Assembly (NCBI RefSeq): GCF_009834535.1 | Contig: NC_045696.1 | Coordinates: 42,906,001 to 42,970,000, forward strand | Origin: Camelus ferus | Lineage: Eukaryota | Reading direction: 5' to 3' | Length of the DNA: 64,000 bases | Shown: positions 27,316 through 38,256 of the stretch, piece by piece | Layout: every line of letters starts with the position of its first letter | Position numbering within the stretch: the first letter of the stretch is position 1 | The notes under the pieces: generated by a model | The model's database searches: none | What the model saw: only the letters and a program-made list of their open reading frames with translations | Told to the model about the DNA's origin: nothing | Program-made: the position numbers and the translations under genes

Positions 27316-28558
27316 TTTTTTTCTTTTTTTAATATATTTTTATTGAAATATAGTCATTTGGCAATGTTGTGTCAACTTCTGGTGTACAGCACAATGCTCT
27401 AGTCATATCGGGACATACGTATATTCATTTTCATATTCTTTTTCACCATAAGTTACTACAAGATATTGAATATAGTTCCCTGTGCTATATAGTATAAACT
27501 TGTTATTTATCTATTTTATATATATTATTTTTAGTATCTGCAAATCTCGAACTCCCAATTTATCCCTTCCCACCCCCTTCCCACCCTGGTAACTGTAAAT
27601 CTGATTTCTATGTCTGTGAGTCTGTTTCTGTTTTGTAAATAAGTTCATTTGTTGTCATCTTTTTTTTTTTAGATTCCACATATAAGTGATATCATATGGT
27701 ATTTTTCTTTCTCTTTCTGGCTTACTTCACTTAGAATGACATTCTCCAGGTCCATCCATGTTGCTGCAAATGGCACTATTTTATTCTTGTTTATGGCTGA
27801 GTAGTACTCCATTGTATAAATATTCCACAACTTCTTTATCCAGTCATCTGTCGATGGACATTTGGATTGCTTCTGTGTCTTGGCTATTGCATATAGTGCT
27901 GCTGTGAACCCTGGGATGCACGTATTTTTTGAATTAAGATTCCCTCTGGATATATGCCCAGGAGTGGGATTTCTGGATCATATGGTAAGTCTCTTTTTAG
28001 TCTTTTGAGGAATCTCCATACTGTTTTCCATAATGGCAGCACCAAACTACATTCCCACCAACAGTGTAGTGTGGAGAATTCCTTTTTCTCCACACCCTCT
28101 CCAGCATTTATTGTTTGTGGACTTTCTAATGATGGCCATTCTGACTTGTGTGAGGTGATACCTCATTGTAGTTTTGATTTGTATTTCTCTGATAATTAGT
28201 CATACTGAGCATTTTCTCACGTTCCTATTGGCCATTTGTATGTCTTCATTGGAGAATTGCTTGCTTAGGTCTTCTGCCCATTTTTGGATTGGGTTATTTG
28301 TTTTTTCTTTTTTTTTTTTTTTTCCTTTTTTTAATTTGTCTTTTTCTTATTAAGTTGTATGAGCTGTTTATATATTATGGAAATCAAGCCTTTGTCAGTC
28401 TCATCTTTTGCAGATATTTTCTTCCATTCCATAGGTTGTCTTTTTGTTTTGCTTATGGTTTCCTTTGCTGTGAAAAAGCTTGTAAGTTTAGGTTCCATTT
28501 GTTTATTTTTGCTTTTGTTTCTATTGCTTGGGTGGATTGCCCCATGAGAACATTGCAA
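27316..28558 (-). mobile_element. Lineage-specific L1 3' fragment (~1.25 kb)
   Basis: Poly(T) at 27316-27330 and an intact poly(A) signal (tttatt at 27339-27344). ORF2 C-terminal peptides [41 protein letters not shown] and FFTAKETISKTKRQPMEW. Confidence 0.93.
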
Positions 28559-29394
28559 AATATATATTGAAAGTCCTTTTGACTCATGGGTGATAGATAA
28601 TCTTGGTGGATATATGAATACAGAAGAGGGAATGTTCTTTAGTCAATATGATAGGGAAGATAGCCAGATGCCTTTTTCATTTTCTAAGAAGGTTAGGATA
28701 TTATAAAAACGATTAAGCATAATAAACCTTTTGTTTTTGTTTTTTTGATTTGCTTTTATCTTTTTATTTTATCATTTCACTTTCCTTTTCAAAACTCATG
28801 TCTCACCTTCTATTCTTCATTATTTATTTCCTCTGGTTCTTGAGCCCCTTTCTTTGACAGAATTTATTTTTATTTTGTTATTGCAGCTATTTTTAGCCAG
28901 TGTTTAGGAAAATACCCTGTACTATTAATTTAATTAATGCTATAATGTAGAGTACCAGTAACAAGAGTTTGTACTTTATTTTTTCCTTCTGTCTTTAGTT
29001 ACTAAATTTCTATCATGTTCCTCAAGCTGGAAGTTACTGAGAGACTCAGACTCCAGCCCTTTAAGGAGATCTCACAGACAGATATGAAAAAGAAAACTTT
29101 CCATGAACTGTTGGTTGTCATGAAATTTGTATTTACAACATAAATATACAAATATGAGCTTGATTAATTTCATAAGGGATGGGAGATCAGAATAGCTTTA
29201 TTCTTAAAATAATATTTTGAGGAGAAATTGATTGCTTTGTGTAGGAGAAGGAGGAGTACATTCTAGGAAAAAAGAATATATGAATGTGCATAAAATTTTG
29301 GAGGTAACAAACACTCCAGGACAACTGTGCCTTCACTTGGGGAGGAAAATATTATACTTAGACGATCGTACTTCAGGGGTTCATTGAAGTCGCT

Positions 29395-30935
29395 TTCTAT
29401 TAACTTGATAATGTGTTTCACAGAGCAGAAGTTTTTGATGTTAATGGAGTTAAGCTTACAAGTTATTTCTTTCATGGATTGTGTCTTTGATGTTGCACCT
29501 AAAGAGGCAGCACCATGCTCAATGACCTCTAGGTTTTCTCCTATGAGATTCATAGTTTTGCATTTTACATTTAGGTCTATTATCCATTTCAAGGTAATTT
29601 TTGTGACATGTATAAGACCTGTGTCTGGAGTCAATTGTTTCATGTGTATGTCCAGTTGCTCCAGTACCATTTGTTTAAGAGACTCTCTTTGCTTCATTAT
29701 ATTGGTTTTGCTCCTTCATCAAATATCAGTTGACTGTATTTATGGAGGTCTATTTCTCGGCTCTGTATTCTGCTTCATTCATATATTTGTCTATCTTTTC
29801 ACCAATACCACACTGTCTTGATTACCATGGTTTCATAATAAGTCTTGAAGTTGGCTAGCATCAGTCCTCCCAATTTTTCTCCTTCAAAATTGTGTTGCCT
29901 CTTTTGCGTTTGTTGCCACACTATAAAAACTTTAGGATGAGTGTACTGATATCCATGAAATATCTTGCTGGTATTTAGAGTAGGATTACATTGAATGGAT
30001 AGATCAAGTTGGGAATAACTTATAAATAGACAATATTTAGTCCTCCTACCCATGAACATAGAATATGTTCCACATCATATGTCACCATAATGCAAATTAA
30101 AAGCAAACAGATACTACTACATGCTTAGTAGAACAGCCAGAATTTGAAAGACTGAATACACCAAATGCCAGTGAGGAAGTGGAGCAACAGAAACAGTCAT
30201 ACATTGACAGTGGGAATACAAAATGACTGAGTCACTTTGAAAGACAGTTTGGTGGTTTCTTACAAAACTAAGAATTATGCTCTTACCATCTTATCCTCCA
30301 GTCATGCTCTTTGGTATTTACACAAAAGGGTTAAAACTTACGTCTACATAAAAATATGCACACATATGTTTATAGAAGTTTTATTCATAATTGCCAAAAA
30401 TTGGAATCAATCAAGATGTCCTTCAGTAGGTGAATGAGTAAATAAATAGTGATGCATCCAGACAATGGAATATTAGTCAGCACTAAAAACACTTGAGCTG
30501 TCAAGCCATAAAAAGACATGGAGGAACCTTAAATGTATATTACTAAGTGAAAACGCCAATCTGAAAAGGCTACATGTTGTATGATTCCAATTATATGACA
30601 TTCTGGAAACGGCAAAATAGCAGAGACATAAGATCAGTAGTTGCCAGTGGTAAAGGTGGGAGGAGGGACAGATAGGCAGAGCGAGGATTTTTTAAGGCAG
30701 TAAAAATAATCTGCATGCTGTTATAGTGATAGATATTTGTCTTTATACCTTACCCCAAACCCATAGAATGTACGTGAACTCTAAGGTTAACTATGGAGTT
30801 TGGGTGATTATGATATATTAATGTAAATTTATCCTTGGTAAAAAACATGCTTTTCTGGTGACCTATGTATATAACAGGGAAGGTTGTGTATGTGTGGGAC
30901 AAGGGGAAATGGGAAATCTCTGTACCTTACCTGAA
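29395..30935 (+). mobile_element. L1MC1/L1MB-like element with inverted 5' part (29395-30070 antisense; 30070-30935 sense)
   Basis: Minus-strand ORF2 peptide KITLKWIIDLNVKCKT...KNFCSVK is followed by a sense ORF2 end and 3' UTR (KICTHMFIEVLFIIAKNWNQSRCPSVGE; 'gggaaatctctgtacctt'). Confidence 0.85.
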
Positions 30936-30979
30936 TTAGTTATCCCCTCTTAAAAGAGAGAATGACCAAAAGGGGATAC

Positions 30980-31400
30980 TGAGAGACTGAATACAGAAGC
31001 AAGCAATAGCCAGACCAAATAGGCAAATAGTACTGTCAGTCATTTTTGCAGCAACCAGCCTGGGAAGCCAAGACACAACTGCAGAACGGCTAGTACTTGG
31101 TCAACAACTGCTCCCACTTCCAAATCAGGATCCATCTGAAGAAGTCAGATATGTTACCCAAAGTTACCACATAAGATGACCCACTTTAAGTTAGTTCACC
31201 TCCAGTTTCCCCACCAACAACCTCTGTTCAGAACATCCCTGAAATCTTTCTTTTTTGACCCCAAAGCTCCCTGAATCCTTTGCTCACCCTTGAACCTCTG
31301 CCAAATGCAAATCATGTTAGGCTGCCTCCTTTGCTCTAGCAAACTTTGAATTAAAAAAAACTCTGTTTTTTCTTGTTTGGAGTTGTTGTTTATTTCTACA
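30980..31400 (+). mobile_element. ERV1-class solo LTR (MER89/MER110-like; family uncertain)
   Basis: TG...CA ends. Internal 'tgcagcaaccagcctgggaagccaa', 'ctccagtttccccaccaacaacctc' and 'ctctgccaaatgcaa...cctttgctctagcaaactttgaattaaa...tttatttctaca' are typical of this LTR group. Confidence 0.7.
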
Positions 31401-33039
31401 TGATTGAAAAAGAATCTCAGAAACATATACATTTATAGATTAAGAATATTGAAATAAATGGGGACATGAAGCCAAATAGTTTTTTTCAGGATGACAGAGG
31501 GAAGTTGTGGGAGAGAAGGGGATGTCATTGAACTTACACAGGATAGGACATAATTTGCATGCCTATAAATAAGAATTATTTTGCATTTCTGTGACCTGAC
31601 ATTGACAGAGTTGTAAAATAGCTTCCGCAGGATCGTGATCAGACAATTCTGAAGAGTGTCCTCCAAGATCTCCACAGAGCAGTTTCCCAGTGTAGCACAG
31701 CACATTCCATGTACCCTTTAGCTAAACCTGAGATCTGAGCAGGAAAAACTAAATATGGAACAGGAGTTAGAAAGAGATTCTTTACCACATTGTTCTTGTT
31801 GACTCCCTAACTTTTATTTTTTACAGATCTCAAGCTCTCAAGCTACCTATGCATCCAGCAGGTACAAAGATAGCCTTTCCCTCGTGGCTTCCTTGTGAGT
31901 TCCCTATCAGCACCAGTGACTTAGCTTCTCAGCCTAAGCTGAAATCCTTCATATATTTTTATGAGGTAGGACAGATTTTACTAATTTTATTTTTTCCTGT
32001 AGATAACAAAACTAAGACCAAAAGAGTTAGTGTGAATATCTTCTGATATATGGGGTATAGTGCCTGGCTAGACCCCACATCAGAGAGCTCTAAGTTATAC
32101 TCACTGTACTTTCAAATACATGATTGCATTTATGCCCATGGTCCCTTCTCAAGGCCAATGTCTTATTAAACACATCCTTACGGCACAATTTGTGTGTATT
32201 TGATGCAACCCCCCCCTCAATTAAAAAAACAAACTAATGAAAAACTAGCACAAATTGTGAAGAAATGTGTCAAATATTAGTTATGTACGTACTTCCTGTT
32301 TGGCCATGGATGTTGCAATTACAACTGAGTATCTGGATAGCTTTTCTTCATGGTAAATCCCCCTCCTGTTCTGCCTTAGTTTATAATTTTTTGATATCTA
32401 CTCATTAGTTTGTCACTGTCTGTTCGTACAATCACCTGATATTTCATTACAACAGATTACATATTTTTTTCTCCAATTCTCCCTCAATGATGCACAGACA
32501 AATTAAGGGAGAGATATTTTTTTTTTTTCAGAATCTGACCAGTACCATCCACTGATGCAAAATATATTTTCTTTTCCTCTTTGATTTATCATCTAGTTTA
32601 GCTCTCACCCAAGGCATTGAAGAAATTATCTCCATCTAGTTGCATTAGGTGATTAGCACCTAGATTCCTACCAAGCTTGCAGGCTGCTGAGCAGCTTTAA
32701 TTCTTGACCACTGCCTCTCTCGTGGATTTCTGCTTTTGTGAAGATAAGAGATTTTCTTAGTAAGACTATAGCCATTATGGCTTGCTCCTCCCACTCCAAA
32801 TGTCAGGTTGTAGTTAGTGAAGTTATTGGATCATTTTTATTTTCTAATACACAGGCTTGTAAGGTCATTAACAGTTTTGTGTAGAATTTTACTGCAGGCT
32901 GATCCTCATTAAGGATCATTTTGCAGGAATCATTGCTTGACATAATTTAATGTTGGATAGTGAGCATATGCAGAACTGAGATTAATTTTTCAATGAAGGG
33001 CTATATGTTTTAACCTGCATCACAAACTTAGAATGCACA

Positions 33040-33889
33040 CATTCATAAATTTATTAAATATTATTATGCCTACACCTACTATGTGTAATTTTCTCTCTTG
33101 GGTGCTGTGAAGGGTATGAAAGTCTATAAAACATTTTATAATGAGCTTATGGTAAAATAATGCAGATGTATTAAAAAATTACTGTAGCATAAGGCAGCAT
33201 ATTTTATACTATAAGATTGCTGTTACTGCTAAGTACTGCGGGGTTCTGGGAACAGAGAGATCATCTCTTCATAGAGCACATGATTTGTGTTGGGTTTCTG
33301 AGGATGGGTGGCATTTTGAGAGGGACAATATTTTAAGTGAAAACACTGTTGTTAATTAGAGCTGGTAAGCCGAAGAAATGTCCAGAGAAACAGAAAACAT
33401 TCATTTTGTTGTAGGATAGGTTATATCTAGGAGGGTGATGGGATATTGTGTTTCTAAAACAGAAAAGGAGATTGGGCGGAACATCAACAAGGAATTTCTA
33501 TTTTTTAAACATAGGCAATTGGGTGTCACTAAAATGTTTTACACAAAGAATTTTCATAATGTGTTGCTATTTCAGAAGGGTTTACCTGCTGGCTATGGGC
33601 AAGCTGGATTATAAGGGGTTGGCAAGAGAATAGAGTGAGTTCAAGTTGGGAGAAGGTGCAGTAGTTTAAGAATATTACATTTCTTATTTTTGTCTCTCAT
33701 TATCTATCTACTAATATCATACATTTTGATGTATCATCATTTTGAATCTGCTTATTGGAAAACCAATCAACAGGTTAATGTAAATCAGAAATTTAAAAAA
33801 TAAGCAGAGTGTACTTTGAAAACTAAGAGTTCTTAGGGTTGACTGACTGTAAAATACAGTAAAAACTAGAAGTTTGATTTGGATAACCA
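33040..33889 (-). mobile_element. L2 fragment (probably continues at ~40990-41230 beyond the L1 insertion)
   Basis: 'cacctactatgtgt...tgggtgctgtg...tgagcttat', 'ataggcaattgggtgtcactaaaatgtttta' and 'tttcagaagggtttacctgctggctatggg' resemble antisense L2. Confidence 0.55.
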
Positions 33890-34399
33890 CTTATTTATTA
33901 ATTTATTTATTGAAGGATAGTGATGTACAATATTATGTAAGTTACAGATGTACTGTATAGGGTTTCATAATTTTTAAAGGTTTTGCTTCATTTGTAGTTA
34001 TTATAAAATGCTGGCTTTATTCCCTGTGTTGTAAAATATATCCTCATAACTTTTATATACATCATAGTCTGTACTTCTGAGTCCCCTGCCCATATGTGTA
34101 TGGCCCATTCCCTCTCCACACCGCTAAGCCCTAGTTTGTTCTCTGTATCTGTGATTCTGCTTCCTTTTTGTTATGTTCACTGTATTTTGTTATGTTCGTT
34201 GTATTTTTTAGAATCCATACGTAATTGATACCATATAGTATTTGCCTTTCTCTGACTTATTTCACCTAGCACAACGCCCTCCAAGTCCATCTATGTTATT
34301 GCAAATGGGGAAAAAAAATTTTGAGGTTAAGTATTATTCCAGTGTGTGTGTGTATGGATATGTGTGTGCATACACACACACACACATGCACACACACTT

Positions 34400-37300
34400 T
34401 CTCTTCCATATCTTGGCAGTTGTAAATACTGCTACATTGGGATGGTGTATATTTTTGAATTAGTGTTTTTCTTTTTATTTTGGATATATACCCAAGAGTG
34501 GAATTGCTGAATTTAAGGTACTCCTATTTTTCATTTTTGTTTTTTGTTTTGTCAGTTTTTTGAGAAACCTCCATACTGTTTTCCACAGTGGATGCACCAA
34601 CGTACATTCTCATCAACAGTGTATTAGGATTCCCTTTTCTTCACATCCTCCCCAACATTTGCTATTTTTGTTCTTTTAGGTGATAGCCATTCTGACAAGT
34701 GTGGGGTGAAATCTCATTGAGGTTTTGATTTGCATTTTCCTGATGATTAGCAATGCTGAGCATCATTTCGTGTGCCTATTAGTCATCTGCATTTCCTCTT
34801 TGGAAAATGAGATTTTTTGCTCATTTCTAATTGGGTTTTTTTTTTTTTTTGAAGTTGAGTTGTATGAACTCTTTATATATTTTGGATATTAACCCTGTAT
34901 TGGTCTTATCATTTGCAAAAGAAATTTCCCATTCAGTAGGTTGTCTTTTAATTTTGTAGATGATTTCCTTTGCTACGCAAAAGCTTTTAGGTTTGATTAG
35001 GTCCCATTTATTTATTTTTGCTTTTATTTCCTTTGCTTTAGGAGATGGATCCAAAAAAATACTGCTGCTCTTTATGTCAGAGAGTGTTCTGCCTATGTTT
35101 TCCTCTAGGATTTTTATGGTTTCTGGCCATACATTTAGGCCTTTAATTCATTTTTAGTTTATTTTTGTCTATGGTGTTAAAGAATGTTCTAATTTCATTT
35201 ATTACAGGGTTTTCCAACACCACTTAATTAAGAGACTGCCTTTTCTTCATTGTATATTCTTGCCTCCTTTGTTGCAGGTTTAATCGACCATACATGCATA
35301 GGTTTATTTCTGGGCTCTCTATTCTGTTTTGTTGATCTATTGTCTGTTTTTGTGCCAGGACCATACTGTTTTATTACTGTATTTTAGAATAGTTTGAAGT
35401 CAAGGAATGTGATTCTTCCAGCTCCATTCTTCTTTCTCAAGATGTTTTGGCTATTTAGGGTCTTTTGTGTTTCCATACAGATTTTAGAATTAATTGTTGT
35501 AGTTCTGTGAAAAATACCACTGGTATTTTGATAGGAATTTGATTGAATCTGTAGATTGCCTTCAATACTATGTTCATTTTAACATTGTTAATTCTTCCAA
35601 TCCAGGAACATGTTATATCTTTCCATCTGTGTCATCTTCAATTACTTTTATCAGTGTCTTAGTTTTTGGAGTACAGGTCTTTTGCCTCCTTAGGTAGGTT
35701 TATTCCTAGGTATTTTATTCTTTTTGATGTAATGGTAAATGGAATTGTTCCCTTAATTTCTCTTTGCTGATACTTCATTGTTTGTATACAGAAGTGCAAC
35801 AGATTTCTGTATAGTAATATTGTATCTAGCAACTTTACCAAATTCATTGATAAGCTCTGGTAGTTTTCTGGTGACATTTTTAGGATTTTCTATATATAGT
35901 ATCATGTCTTCTGCAAACAGTGACATTTTTTACTCCTTTCTTTCCAATTTGGGTAATTTTTCTTTCTTTTTCTTGTGTGGTTGCTATGGCTAGGACTTCT
36001 AATACTATGCTGAATAAGAGTGATGAGAGTGGGCAGCCTTGTCTTTTTTCTGATCTTAGAAGAAATGCTTTCAGTTTTCATTGCTGAGTATGATGTTAAA
36101 TGTGGGTTTGTTACATATGACCTTTATTATGATGAGATATGTTTCCTCTATACCCACTTTCTGGAGATTTTTTTGTCAAAAATGATAAAATGCTTATGAT
36201 GAATTTTGTCAAAAGCTTTTTCTGTGTCTGTTGAGATTATCATAGGGTTTTTATTCTTCAGCTTGTTAATGTGGTGTATCACATCAATTGATTTGTCAAC
36301 ATTGAAAAATTCTTGCATTCATGGGATAAACTTCACTTGATCATGGTGTGTAATCCTTTTAATGTATTGTTTGAATCTGTTTGCTAGTATTTTTTTTGAG
36401 GATTTTTGCATCTATGTCAGGCAGTGATACTGGCCTGTAATTTTCTTTTTCTTTTTTGTGGTATCTTTGTCTGATCTTGTTGTCTGGGTGATGCTGGCCT
36501 TATAGAATGGATTCAGAAGTGTTCCTTCCTCTGCAGTTTTTTTTTTTTTTTTTTGGAATAGTTTGAGAATGATAGGTGTTATTAACTCTTCTCTAAATGT
36601 TTGATGGAATCCTTCTGGCCCTGAACTTTTGTTTTTGGGGAGTTTTTAAACTTCTGATGCAATGTCATTATTGGTAATTGGTCTGTTCATATTTTTTTCT
36701 CCCTGAAACAGTCTTGAGAAATCTTACTTTTCTTAGAATTTGTCCATTTCTTCTAGATTGTCTATTTTTATTGGCGTATAGTTGTTCACAATAGTCTCTT
36801 GTGATACTTTGTGTTTCTGTGGTGTTGCTTGTTATCTTCTCCTTTTTCATTTAGAGATTTTATTTATTTCAGCCCTCTCCTTTTTCCTTGATGAGTCTGG
36901 CTAACTGTTTATCAATTTTGTTTATCTTTTTAAAGAACCAGCTTTTAGTTTTTTTATTTTCTATTTTTTATCTTTATTTCATTTATTTATCTTCTGCTTT
37001 TCTTTCCTTCTAACTTTCAGTTTTGTTTGTTGTTGTTGTTGTTTTTCCTCTAGTTCCTTTTTGTACAAGATTAATTTGAGATTTTTCTCATTCATGATAT
37101 AAGCTCTCTTCTCTCTAAACTTTCCTATTAGAATTGCTTTTGCTGTGTTTTGGTTTTGGATCATTGTGTTTTTATTTGCATTTGTCTCTAGGTACTTTTT
37201 CATTTCCTCTTTGATTTCTCCAGTAATCCATTGGTTGTTTAGAAGCATATTGTTTAGGTTCCATGTGTTTGTGCAGTTGCATAGTATTGTGGTCAGAGAA

Positions 37301-37990
37301 GATGGCTGACAGGATTTCAGTCTTATATTTACTGAGATTTACTTCATGATCTAGCATTTGATCTCTCCTGGAGAAATTCCATGTCTATTTGAATGTGTTT
37401 TCTGCTGCTTTTGTATGGAATGCTTTATGTACATCAGTTAAGCCCATATGATCTAATGTGTCACTTAACTTGTTGATTACCATGGCACCCAAATCTGGGT
37501 GATAGGTCTACTACCTTGGAGGCACCTCATCCACAGTGGGAAATTAATGTGTTAAGCATAGTTTTCCGTATGGATTTTCTGTCTGGATGATCTGTCCACT
37601 GACATAAGTAGGGTTTTAAAGTCCACTACTATTACTGTGTTTCTGTCAATTTCTCCTTTTAAGTCTATTAATATTTACTTTATATATTATATATTTAGGT
37701 GCTTCTATGTTGGGTGTATTTATATTTAGAGATGTTGTATCTTCTTGGATTGATCCCTTGATCATTATGTAGTGTCTTTCTTTCTCTGTTATAACAGTCT
37801 TTATTTTAAAGTCTATTTTGTCTCATGTAAGTATTGCTACTCCAGCTTTTGAGTCTTTTGATTTCCATTTGCTTGGAGTACCTTTTCTATCCTTTCACTT
37901 TCTGTCTGTGTGTATCTTTAGATCTGAAGTGAGTCTCTTGTAGGCAGCATATATACGGGTTTTGATTTTGTATCCATTCAGTGACTCTGT
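34400..37990 (-). pseudogene. Disrupted L1 ORF2 (endonuclease / reverse transcriptase) remnant
   Basis: Fragmented frames carry EN-, RT- and C-terminal-domain peptides. The RT motif 'tctgcaaacagtgaca' reads as SLFA.. on the minus strand near 35910-35925. No continuous ORF. Confidence 0.85.
37469..37551. mobile_element. 83-bp TTAA-flanked insertion, candidate non-autonomous piggyBac-type element
   Basis: TTAA at 37465-37468 and 37552-37555. Removing the insert restores L1-like 'atctaatgtgtcacttaagcatagttttccgtatggattttctgtctggatg'. The ends are degenerate inverted repeats (8/13). Confidence 0.5.
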
Positions 37991-38225
37991 CTTTTGATTG
38001 GAGCATTTCATCCATTTACATATAAGGTAATTATTGATATGTATGTTCTGATTGCCATTTTGTCAATTGTTCTGGCAGTTGTTTTGTAGGTTCTTTTTTC
38101 TTCATCTTTTGTTTTCTTATTCCATGACATCTTGAGAGTTATGTTTGGATTCTTTTTCTTTTCTTTTTTTCTGTCTATCTTTTACAGATTTTTGATTTGT
38201 GATTACCATGTGGCTTTAGGTTACA

Positions 38226-38256
38226 ATCTATATATCTATATCTATATCTATATCTA
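38226..38256. repeat. (TATATC)n microsatellite in the L1 spacer
   Basis: 'atctatatatctatatctatatctatatctat' is seen directly. Confidence 0.8.

Noticed and set aside
29327..29821. Longest ORF (164 aa) as a novel membrane protein
   Set aside because: It lies antisense to an L1 ORF2 fragment; T-rich antisense L1 typically yields hydrophobic spurious ORFs.
34343..34397. (TG)n...(CA)n fold-back
   Set aside because: It is a simple-repeat expansion at a position in L1 3' regions that commonly accumulates such microsatellites.
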